DNA from: an uncultured Thermoleophilia bacterium
GTDB taxonomy: Bacteria; Actinomycetota; Thermoleophilia; UBA2241
Length of the DNA: 64,000 nucleotides
Direction: 5' to 3'
NCBI GenBank assembly: GCA_963715985.1
Contig: CAVQSP010000011.1
Coordinates: 64,001 to 128,000, forward strand
The position numbers and the translations under genes are program-made. Below the pieces are notes generated by a model, which saw only the letters and a list, made by a program, of their open reading frames with translations, had not been told where the DNA came from and did not search any database. This document shows, in pieces, positions 17,780-26,242 of the stretch (the stretch's first letter is position 1; each line of letters starts with the position of its first letter).

Positions 17780-17815
17780 GAAAGGGCGGCTCCCCCTCGG
17801 GGGAGCCGCCCTTTC
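17780..17815 (+). terminator. Intrinsic terminator after the cytochrome gene
   Basis: GAAAGGGCGGCTCCCC-CTCG-GGGGAGCCGCCCTTTC, 16-bp perfect stem. Confidence 0.85.
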
Positions 17816-18150
17816 ACTTGTGTGGCGCGCGGCCGGGGCGGGCACCGGTGCTTCGCCGTCCGGCTACCGGGCCTGGACGGTCCAAACAGGCCCCACCTCC
17901 ACGTCTCGTCCGTCCGGACGAACGCACATCCTCACGAATCCCGTCGTCCGAGTTGCCGATTCGGCTGCCGAAACGGCAAATACGTTGCCGAACCCTACAC
18001 AATGCCGTGGACGTTCTGTAGACTACCTGCATCCATAGCTGAAGATCGTCCCGCGCCGTCCTGCCTGCACCACGCGGCGGCGCCGTCAGCATCAGGTATC
18101 CCCGCCCTGGCCGCAGGTCAAGGCGGGACGACTGTGAAGGAGCAGCCCAC

Positions 18151-19530
18151 ATGGCAGAGTGCGTACCGAACCGCAAGCTCATCGCGGAACTCATGGAGAA
18201 GGAAGAGAAGCGGCTCGAGAACGAGACGCCCAGGTCCTACGAGCTCTACCAGCGCGCCATCAAGCACATGCCCATGGGCGTCGCCTCCACCTATCACGCC
18301 CGCGACCCGTACCCGGTCTACTTCACCCACGGCAAGGGCCCGCACATCTGGAGCGTCGAGGGCAAGGAGATCGTCGACTTCCACAACGGCTACGGCTGCA
18401 TGGTCCAGGGTCACGCCCATCCGCTCATCGTCGAGGCCATCCAGAAGCGCGCGCCGCTCGGCACCCAGTTCGGTCTGCCGACCGAGGACGCCATCATCAT
18501 GGCCGAGCACCTCGCCGGCGCCTTCAAGCTCCCGCAGTGGCGCTTCGTCAACTCGGGCTCCGAGGCCACGATGGACGCCATCCGCGTCGCCCGCGCCTTC
18601 ACCGGCCGCGAGACCATCGTCAAGATGTTCGGCTCGTACCACGGCCATCACGACTACGTCATGGTCAGCATCGGCGCCCTCGACTACGGCAAGATCGGCC
18701 CGCGCGACAACTACGCCTCGCTCCCCTACGGCGGCGGCATCCCGCAGGCCTCGATCGACATGACCATCCCGGTGCCGTTCAACGACATCGAGAACATGAC
18801 CAAGCGCATCGAAAGCCTGATCGAGCAGGGCAACCCGCCGGCCTGCGTCATCATGGAACCGGCCATGATGAACCTCGGCGTCGTGCTGCCCGAGCCGGGC
18901 TTCCTCGAGGGCGTGCGCGAGCTCACCAAGAAGCACGGCATCGTGCTCATCTTCGACGAGGTCAAGGTCGGCATCTGCACCGCCCGCGGCGGCGCGGTCG
19001 AGCGCTGGGGCGTCCTGCCCGACATGGTCACCCTCGGCAAGGCGATCGCCGGCGGCACCCCCTGCGGCGCCATCGGCGGCAGCGAGGAGATCATGGCCAA
19101 GGTCAACGACGGTACCGTCTTCCAGGTCGGCACCTACTCGGGCAACCCGCTCAGCATGGCCGCCGCCCGCGCCAGCTTCGAGCAGGTCATGACCGACGAT
19201 GCCTACGCGCACCTCAACAAGCTGAACGACCGGATCATCGCCAAGTGCGACGCCGTCTGCCCGAAGTACGACTTCCCCGGCTACACCGTCGGCATCTCGT
19301 CCAAGGGTTGCGTGAACTTCGCCCTCGGCAAGATCACCGACTACGAGTCGTTCATCAAGGAGCAGGACGCCGAGCTCGTCGCCCTGGCGTGGCTGTACAA
19401 CATCAATCGCGGCCTCATCATCGCCCCCGGCCGCGAAGAGGAGTGGACGCTCTCGATCACGCACACCGACGCGGACGTCGACCTCTTCGTGGACGCGTTC
19501 GAGGATCTCGTGCGCGACGTCACCGCCTGA
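18151..19530 (+). CDS. Class-III PLP aminotransferase, glutamate-1-semialdehyde aminomutase-like
   Basis: RFVNSGSEAT, YHGHHD, LIFDEVK, TLGKAIAGG (PLP lysine), GTYSGNP. Confidence 0.88.
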   Translation: MAECVPNRKLIAELMEKEEKRLENETPRSYELYQRAIKHMPMGVASTYHARDPYPVYFTHGKGPHIWSVEGKEIVDFHNGYGCMVQGHAHPLIVEAIQKRAPLGTQFGLPTEDAIIMAEHLAGAFKLPQWRFVNSGSEATMDAIRVARAFTGRETIVKMFGSYHGHHDYVMVSIGALDYGKIGPRDNYASLPYGGGIPQASIDMTIPVPFNDIENMTKRIESLIEQGNPPACVIMEPAMMNLGVVLPEPGFLEGVRELTKKHGIVLIFDEVKVGICTARGGAVERWGVLPDMVTLGKAIAGGTPCGAIGGSEEIMAKVNDGTVFQVGTYSGNPLSMAAARASFEQVMTDDAYAHLNKLNDRIIAKCDAVCPKYDFPGYTVGISSKGCVNFALGKITDYESFIKEQDAELVALAWLYNINRGLIIAPGREEEWTLSITHTDADVDLFVDAFEDLVRDVTA

Positions 19531-19588
19531 GGCGGCAGCAGAGGGCGTGAGGCCGGCCGCCGCAGGCGGGCCGGCTCGCAAGCACGCA

Positions 19589-19625
19589 AGAGGGCGGGCG
19601 GCCCGGCACGGGCCGCCCGCCCTCT
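19589..19625. terminator. Bidirectional terminator-like hairpin between convergent genes
   Basis: AGAGGGCGGGCGGCCCG-GCA-CGGGCCGCCCGCCCTCT, 17-bp perfect stem. Confidence 0.75.
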
Positions 19626-19667
19626 CGCGGTTCCGGACAGGCCCGGCTGACTGCGGACGGATCCGAG

Positions 19668-20516
19668 TCAGCGGCGCGCGGACGCCGCGCCGGGCTCTCC
19701 CGCCTGCGCATCGTCGGCGAGGTCGTCGAGCAGCAGGCTGACCTCCGCCCACACGCTGTCCCGGTGCGCCCGCAGCTCGGCGGCATCCTCGGCGCGGCTC
19801 TGGCGCTCGGCCTTGACGAGCAGCACGCCGGCCTCCGCGAGCCTGCCGAGGATGCTCACGACGGTCAGCTCCTCGAGCCGCGAGGCGGCGGTGATGTCGG
19901 CCACCGTGCGCCGGTCGTCCACCAGCGCGAGCACGAGGAACTCGTCGCGCCCCATCAGCATCGACCCTCGGGGCAGCATGGCGTAGTCGACGTTGCGCAC
20001 GAGGACGGTGTTGGACTGCCCGAGCACCTCCACGGCGAGGCAGTACTCCCCGCCCAGGGCCGAGATGTCGAGCAGCACCGAGTGTGTGTCGATGGTGATG
20101 AAGTCCACCTCCGCCGCCTCGGCGTCGGCGACGAACACGAAGGCACCCGCGGTCTCCAGCTTCGCGGCGACGAGCGTGTTGGCCACTTGCCGCGAGAGTA
20201 CGTCACGCAGGTCCGCCTCGGACACGTGCCCGGCCTCCACCAGCAGGGTGCCGAGGGGACGAGGTGCCGTCTCCTGCAACGCGAGGGTGTCACGCAGCTG
20301 CGCCTCATTGACCAGGGCCCGCCTGAGCAGCTGGCTGCCGATGGCCGTGTCGGTGATGACGCGCGTGGAGTCGCGGGTCTCGGCGATGCGGCCGTGCACG
20401 AAGTGGACGTCGACGAGCCGCTCGGGACACTCGATGTGCAGGGTTCCGGACCGCCGCGCACGGCCGAGCATCTGGAGGATCTCGACCACACCGAAGGTGT
20501 CGAGTGTGCCCTGCAT
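19668..20516 (-). CDS. DUF4388/PATAN-domain protein with MshEN-like repeat
   Basis: MQGTLDTFGVVEILQML...SGTLHI...HGRI start; RPLGTLLVEAGHVSEADLRDVLSRQ resembles the MshEN motif. Confidence 0.8.
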   Translation of the reverse strand: MQGTLDTFGVVEILQMLGRARRSGTLHIECPERLVDVHFVHGRIAETRDSTRVITDTAIGSQLLRRALVNEAQLRDTLALQETAPRPLGTLLVEAGHVSEADLRDVLSRQVANTLVAAKLETAGAFVFVADAEAAEVDFITIDTHSVLLDISALGGEYCLAVEVLGQSNTVLVRNVDYAMLPRGSMLMGRDEFLVLALVDDRRTVADITAASRLEELTVVSILGRLAEAGVLLVKAERQSRAEDAAELRAHRDSVWAEVSLLLDDLADDAQAGEPGAASARR

Positions 20517-20526
20517 CGCAGCGTGA

Positions 20527-20536
20527 AGTCTATAAT
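20527..20536. promoter_or_regulatory. Overlapping back-to-back -10 hexamers (bidirectional promoter)
   Basis: AGTCTATAAT gives TATAAT (+) 8 nt before ATG 20545 and TAGACT (-) 10 nt before ATG 20516; only 28 bp separate the start codons. Confidence 0.65.
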
Positions 20537-20544
20537 CGGCGGAG

Positions 20545-21195
20545 ATGAACGTCGACCTGCACACGCACACCTATCCGGCCTCGACCTGCTCTCGCATCAG
20601 CTTTCGCGACTACATCGCCTGGTGCACCGAGGCCGCCGTGGAAGCGGTGGCGCTCACCAACCACGGCGACGTCGCCGACAACCGCACGCTCGAAGGAGCA
20701 CTCGCCGCCGAGGGCGTGCTGCTCATCCACGGCGTGGAGATCAGCACGCTGTTCGGCGATTTCGTCATCTTCTCCCCCGACCTCGACTACCTGGCCACCT
20801 TCCGTGACGTGCAGGACTTCGTGCGCGCCGGTGAGCTCCGCGACGACGCCGCCATGGTGTGGGTACATCCGGCGGCGGGCGGCGGGCGCAGCGGGTCCGC
20901 CTACTACTCCGGCCTCGAGCGCATGGTGGCCGATTCCATCCACGCGGTGGAGGTCTTCAACGGCAGCTGGCTCGGCGACAAGTACGTACAGACGGCCGAG
21001 CAGATCGCCGGGCAGCTCGGCTTGGCGCGCACCGGCGGCAGCGACGCCCACGACGCCGCGGAGCTGATGGCGTGCTACACGGAGCTGCCCGACCCCATCC
21101 GTTCCACGGCGGACGTCGTGGACGCACTGCAGCGGGGCCACACGATCCCGCACCGCCGCGAAAGGGTCAAGCGGCGACGGTTCGGCATCTTCTAG
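20545..21195 (+). CDS. PHP-domain metal-dependent phosphoesterase
   Basis: DLHTHT, TNH, GVEI, HP, EVFNG, GGSDAH motifs. Confidence 0.9.
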   Translation: MNVDLHTHTYPASTCSRISFRDYIAWCTEAAVEAVALTNHGDVADNRTLEGALAAEGVLLIHGVEISTLFGDFVIFSPDLDYLATFRDVQDFVRAGELRDDAAMVWVHPAAGGGRSGSAYYSGLERMVADSIHAVEVFNGSWLGDKYVQTAEQIAGQLGLARTGGSDAHDAAELMACYTELPDPIRSTADVVDALQRGHTIPHRRERVKRRRFGIF

Positions 21196-21203
21196 GAGGC
21201 GGC

Positions 21204-21602
21204 GTGAGCACGTTCGAGGTTCGTACAGACCACCGCGTGGTGCTCGTCGACATCACCGCCCAGGTGCAGACGGCGGTGGCCGACAGCGATGCACAGGACG
21301 GCGCCGTGCTGGTGTACGTGCCGCACACCACCGCCGCCGTGACCATCAACGAGGCGGCCGACCCATCGGTGCGCGCAGACATCGCCATGGCGATGGAGAG
21401 GCTGGTACCGTCCGACCTCCCCTTCAGGCACCTCGAGGGCAACTCCGACGCGCACGTGAAGGCCAGCCTCTTGGGCAGCAGCGTCACCATACCGCTCGCC
21501 GGCGGGCGCCTGCTGCTGGGCGCCTGGCAGGGCGTGTACTTCGCCGAGTTCGACGGGCCGCGCCGCAGGCACGTCACGGTCAGCGTGCTCGCGGCGCGCT
21601 GA
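21204..21602 (+). CDS. yjbQ: YjbQ/UPF0047 family protein
   Basis: HTTAAVTINE, HLEGNSDAHVKASL, LGAWQGVYFAEFDGPRRR; GTG 21204 after AGGAGG. Confidence 0.92.
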   Translation: MSTFEVRTDHRVVLVDITAQVQTAVADSDAQDGAVLVYVPHTTAAVTINEAADPSVRADIAMAMERLVPSDLPFRHLEGNSDAHVKASLLGSSVTIPLAGGRLLLGAWQGVYFAEFDGPRRRHVTVSVLAAR

Positions 21603-21652
21603 GCGTCGCTTCTCCTCCGTCCGCGCCGCACTGCCGCGGCGCCGACCGCGCC

Positions 21653-23156
21653 TCAGCGCCCCAACACGCGCTCGAAGAGGTGCTCCAGGGGGTCGGTGCA
21701 CAGGCGGCCGCCGCCGTGCTTGAGCAGGAGGCGCTCGGCCGGCCAGTGCTGCCCGTCTGACCACATCTGTCTGAGCCAGGCGGTGGCCTCCGGCTTGCGG
21801 AACCAGTCCATTCCGTGGCGGTCCTGCAGCATCATGCGGAAGTGGCCCTCGAGCATCCACGCGCGCAGGTACTCGGCGCAGTAGAAGGCGTCGTCCACGT
21901 CCACCAGGTAGTTCTCGGGCGGCACGTCGACCTTGATGGCGGCGCTGAGCTTGCGGCTGTACACGCCGGCCACGGCCGCGAGGTCGCCCGAGCGCGCGAT
22001 GGAGCTCGGTCTCGTAGGAGAGCTTGGCCGCGTAGCGGCGGATGAAGTACAGGTCGCACACGGCGGCGAAGCGCAGGTACCCGGACGAATCCGTGAACCC
22101 GAGGATCTCCTCCAACCAGCGGGCATTGAGGACGAGGTTCTGCATGGTGAAGGCGAAGCCCTCGGTGACGGCGTTGTCGCCGAGATGCCGGTACTCGAAC
22201 GGCAGCCCGGGATCGGTGTGCGCGAAGTGCTCGGTGTGGCCGGCCTCGTGGAAGAGGGCGCCGTAGTCGTCCTGGCCGCCGTGCGGGAGCACGACCAGGT
22301 AGATCTCGCCGGGCACCCTGACGGGAGCACAGAAGGCCCGCGGCGACTTGAGCGGCCGGACCTCGGTGTCGAGGTGGACGTTGGTCTGCGCATCCAGGTC
22401 GATGCCCATGCCGGCCAGCGTGTCGCGCAGCGAGGGCACCAGCCGCTCCGATGTGAAGACCTCGTCGAAGACCGGCGCCCGCCACAGGTAGGGCAGATCG
22501 GCGAACGTGAGCTCATCGAGCGTGAGCCCCAGACGTTCGCGGGTGAGCTTGTCCATGGAGCGCTCGTACACGCCCTCGGTCTTGGCGAGAAACGCCTCGA
22601 GCTCCGCGCGCAGGTGCAGGTAGTCGTGCCCCTTCACGGTCGAGTAGAGCTCCATGTAGTCGGGATAGCCCAGGCCCACGGCCAGCGCGTGGCACTCGCC
22701 CCACATCCGCAGGAGCAGGGGGTTGAGGTGCTCCGCCGTGGCCTCGAGGCGGGCCTTCTGGATGCGCGCCCGCCGGTCCCGGTCGGCCTCGTTGGCCTGG
22801 ACGACGCCGGCCTGGCGCAGGCCGATGGGCTCGCCGTCGACCTCGATGGAGAGGCCGCCCTCGGTGTTGGCGATCTCGTCGCCGAGGAGCCTGGTCTCGC
22901 CGCCCAGGTAACCGTCCACCGCGAAGGTGACGAGGTAGGCCAGCTGGCGCTTGGGCTCGAGATCGGCGGTGGCCTCGTAGAGAGCGTCGAGCTCGAGGAC
23001 GGCGTCGCGCGTGAAGAGCTCTGGGAACCGCTCGTAGACGGCCGCGGTGTCGCAGACGGGCTTGCGCCCGGAGAAGTGCTCGTAGTACTCACGGTCGAGG
23101 GCGTCCATGAAGTCCTCGGCGCGGCGGCGATACGTCTCGAGATCGAGCGCGGTCAC
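21653..23156 (-). CDS. M3/M32-like gluzincin metallopeptidase (apparent frameshift near 21995)
   Basis: KSPRAFC, FHEAGHTEH (HExxH), downstream VTEGFA; C-terminus (FYCAEYLRAW) in the next frame; GTG 23156 with AGGAGG. Confidence 0.75.
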
Positions 23157-23360
23157 TGGGGCCTCCTTCACGGGCAGCACGTCCTCGGGTCGCGAGCCCG
23201 GCTCGCGACCCGAGGACTCTACCAGCTGCAGGGGCGCGTCTACAGCGCGCCGGGGCGCCGGGAGGTGGACAATCGACCGGCGCGGCGCAAGGGCTGCGGC
23301 GCGAGAGTCCGCGAACCGGCGGTTCGCGGCGCAGCCGGGCACCCGGTACACTGGGCGCCC

Positions 23361-24749
23361 ATGCCGCCGCGCCCCGGAGACACCCTCGACCTCGACATCA
23401 CCACGCTCGCCTACGGCGGGCAGGGTGTGGCGCGCGTGGACGAGTTCGTCGTGTTCGTGCGCGGCGCCGTACCGGGCGACCGTGTGCGGGCCCGCGTGAC
23501 GCGCCGCAAGAAGAGCTACGCGGAGGCGCGGATGCTCGAGCTTCTCACCCCTTCGCCGCGCCGCGTGGCCCCCGTGTGTGGCCACACCGCGGACTGCGGC
23601 GGGTGCGAGTGGCAGACGCTGGCCTACGAGGCACAGCTGGAGTTCAAGCAGCAGCAGGTGGTGGAGTCGCTCACGCGCCTCGGGCACCTGGACGGCTACG
23701 AGCTCGAGCCCATCCGCGGCATGGCGGAGCCCTGGCGCTACCGCAACAAGATGGAGTTCTCGTTCGGCGAGGACGACGACGGCCGCCTGCTGCTGGGCCT
23801 GCACCGTCGCGGCTCGTGGCGCGAGATCGTGGAGACCACCGACTGCCTCCTCGCCTCGGAGCGCATGAACCGGGCGCGGCAGGCGGTCGCCGACGAGTGC
23901 CGCGCCCTCGGCCTCAAGGTGTTCGGGCGCGAAGGCCACGAGGGTCTCCTCCGCCACCTCGTGGTCCGCGAGAGCCTCTCCACAGGCGACCTGCTGCTCA
24001 ACCTCTTCGTGGCGGCGCGGTTCCCGGAGGAGGCGGCGCTGGCGGAGCGCGTCGCCGCCGCCTGCGGCTGCACGTCGTTCGCCGTCACCGTGAACGACAC
24101 GCCGGCGGATGCCGCCGTGGGCGACGGCCCACACATGCTGCTGGGGCCGCCGTTCATCCGCGAGCGCCTCGCCGGCGTCGACCTGCACGTGCCGGCGACG
24201 GCCTTTCTGCAGACCAACAGCGCCATGTGCGATGAGCTCTACACCGTCGCGCTGCGCTTCGCCGAGCCCGACCCCGCCAGACCGGCGGTCGACCTCTACT
24301 GCGGCATCGGTTCGCTCAGCCTGCCGCTGGCGCGTCGCGCCGCCTCGGTCCAGGCCGTGGAGATCCAGCAGGAGGCCGTGGTGGCCGCCCGGGAGAACGC
24401 CGCGCTCAACGCCATCCGCAACGTCGAGTTCCACGCTCGCGACGTGAGGCCCCTGCTCAAGTCCCCTCCCCACGCCACCCTGGACGCCGCGCGCGCCAAC
24501 GACCTCGCGCGGCCCGCGGTGGTGCTGGTCGACCCGCCTCGCGCAGGCCTGGCGCGCAAGGCCCTGCAACGTGCCGCGGCGCTGGGCGCGGACCGCTTCG
24601 TCTACGTGTCCTGCAACCCCACCACGCTGGCCGGCAACGGGGCGGAGCTCGCCGAGCTCGGATACCGGCTCACGCGCGTGGCGCCGGTGGACATGTTCCC
24701 GCAGACGCACCACATCGAGACGGTGGCGCTCTTCGTGCGTGAGAGCTGA
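23361..24749 (+). CDS. rlmD: 23S rRNA (uracil-1939-C5)-methyltransferase RlmD
   Basis: TRAM domain, CGGC Fe-S motif, YRNKMEF, FLQTN, DLYCGIG, VDPPRAG, YVSCNPTT, DMFPQTHHIE. Confidence 0.95.
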   Translation: MPPRPGDTLDLDITTLAYGGQGVARVDEFVVFVRGAVPGDRVRARVTRRKKSYAEARMLELLTPSPRRVAPVCGHTADCGGCEWQTLAYEAQLEFKQQQVVESLTRLGHLDGYELEPIRGMAEPWRYRNKMEFSFGEDDDGRLLLGLHRRGSWREIVETTDCLLASERMNRARQAVADECRALGLKVFGREGHEGLLRHLVVRESLSTGDLLLNLFVAARFPEEAALAERVAAACGCTSFAVTVNDTPADAAVGDGPHMLLGPPFIRERLAGVDLHVPATAFLQTNSAMCDELYTVALRFAEPDPARPAVDLYCGIGSLSLPLARRAASVQAVEIQQEAVVAARENAALNAIRNVEFHARDVRPLLKSPPHATLDAARANDLARPAVVLVDPPRAGLARKALQRAAALGADRFVYVSCNPTTLAGNGAELAELGYRLTRVAPVDMFPQTHHIETVALFVRES

Positions 24750-24769
24750 GGGGCCCCTTCAGGCGTGAC

Positions 24770-25528
24770 TCAGGCGGCCGCCCGCGGCGCGCGCAGCTTG
24801 GCGAGCAGCAGATCGGCGTTCACGGCCAGGAAGGCCACGGAGAGCAGCGGCAGCGCCGGCAGCGCCGTCCACCACATGGCGGCGGCGATGGTGCCCAGGA
24901 ACGAGGCGATCATGGCCACCGCACTCCACCCCGTACGCAGGCCGAAGCGCTGCGCCGTGCCCAGGTACAGGGCGAAGAAGATGACGTCACTGATGCCGAG
25001 CCCGGTGAACGCGTCGCGGTAGGAGTACCCCGCCCAGCTCACGGCGACGGTGAAGTAGCCGACCACCACCGGGCCGTGACCCAGAAGCGCCTTGGTCGGC
25101 CCCGCTGCGACGCTCACGACGTCCACGACGGCGGACACGACAGCCACCACCACGATCCAGCTGAGGCGCTCGAGCTCGTCGGCGATCCAGATGCCGAGCG
25201 CCGCCGCCGCGACCACCTTGGCCACGTTGGCGAACGGCACCCACCCCAGCCATACGCAGAGCACCGCGACGGGCAGCGCGACAACGGCCAGCAGCGGCAG
25301 GCGTCGTCCGAGCCGCCGCAGGGGCAGCATCCCCCACACGAGCACGCCCATCAGGGCGAGCACGATGAGAGACGACAGCATGATGTCCACGCGCACCGGC
25401 GGGGACGGCAGAACGTATGAGAACGACGTCCAGAGGATGAGCGCAGCGGCGGCCACGAACGCCGGCATGAGAGCCGCAGCGAGGGGCGCGCGGCCCGTCT
25501 GGGGCCCATCGGGCGGCGGGCCGCTCAC
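24770..25528 (-). CDS. Polytopic membrane protein with presenilin/SPP (peptidase A22)-like motifs
   Basis: About 8 hydrophobic segments; SAVVDVVSVAAGPTKALL, GLGISDVIFF and TALPALPLL in presenilin order. Start (GTG 25528 or ATG 25469 region) uncertain. Confidence 0.65.
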   Translation of the reverse strand: MSGPPPDGPQTGRAPLAAALMPAFVAAAALILWTSFSYVLPSPPVRVDIMLSSLIVLALMGVLVWGMLPLRRLGRRLPLLAVVALPVAVLCVWLGWVPFANVAKVVAAAALGIWIADELERLSWIVVVAVVSAVVDVVSVAAGPTKALLGHGPVVVGYFTVAVSWAGYSYRDAFTGLGISDVIFFALYLGTAQRFGLRTGWSAVAMIASFLGTIAAAMWWTALPALPLLSVAFLAVNADLLLAKLRAPRAAA

Positions 25529-25541
25529 GGAAGTGCCGGGC

Positions 25542-26141
25542 TCAGTACGGCGGGATGTTGTCGTACCAATCGCCGAGCCGCCGGAAGGCACGCCAGAAGG
25601 CGGCCTTGAGACGCTGCTCGTCGAGCGACGCATCGATGTCCGGCGTGACGAGCACCTCCGTGCCCGGCGTGAGCTCCACGATCTCGCCGGGCTTGTACTC
25701 CACGGTGCGCGCGAGCGGCACTTCAGCGGCGTTGAGGGCCGCCACCGTCTCCTCCCCCATCGCGACGATGAGCTTGGGACTGACGATGGCGAGCTCGCGA
25801 CGCAGGTGGTCGAGGCACTTGGCCTCGGGCTTTCCGCGCACCTCGCCGCACTTCACGACGTTCGTGCCGTAGAGCTGCAGGGGGTCGATCTTGAGACGCT
25901 GGCAGCTCTTCATGAGCGCGGTGCCGGAGCGCCCGAAGAAGGCGACGCCCTCGTGCAGCTCGGACGGGCGCGCCTGGTACTTGAGCATGAAGATGTCCGC
26001 CATGGGGTGGCCGGACCCGATGACCGGCATGGTGCGCGCGTGACTGCAGCGGGAGCACCTCAGGATCTCGCCGGTGAGCTCGTTGATCTCCGAGATGGCT
26101 CTGGTCAGGTACTTGTCGTAGATCTCGTTGGGTTGCGCCAC
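25542..26141 (-). CDS. Uracil-DNA glycosylase superfamily protein (family 4-like)
   Basis: CSRC, VIGSG, FFGRSG, TNVVKC, CLDHLRRELAIVSPKLIVAMG; catalytic motifs look diverged. Confidence 0.8.
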   Translation of the reverse strand: MAQPNEIYDKYLTRAISEINELTGEILRCSRCSHARTMPVIGSGHPMADIFMLKYQARPSELHEGVAFFGRSGTALMKSCQRLKIDPLQLYGTNVVKCGEVRGKPEAKCLDHLRRELAIVSPKLIVAMGEETVAALNAAEVPLARTVEYKPGEIVELTPGTEVLVTPDIDASLDEQRLKAAFWRAFRRLGDWYDNIPPY

Positions 26142-26242
26142 GCGATTCCTCGATTCGGCGTGTCCGCTTGCTAGTTCGCGCCGTGCTCGTGAAGTCCTCG
26201 GATTCCGGCAGCAACTGCCGGGGGTCCTGGATTATACGCGCG

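Noticed and set aside
21192-24713. 1173-aa minus-strand ORF
   Set aside because: Only 23156 to about 21995 is real (peptidase); the rest is antisense to rlmD and yjbQ, extended by a frameshift.
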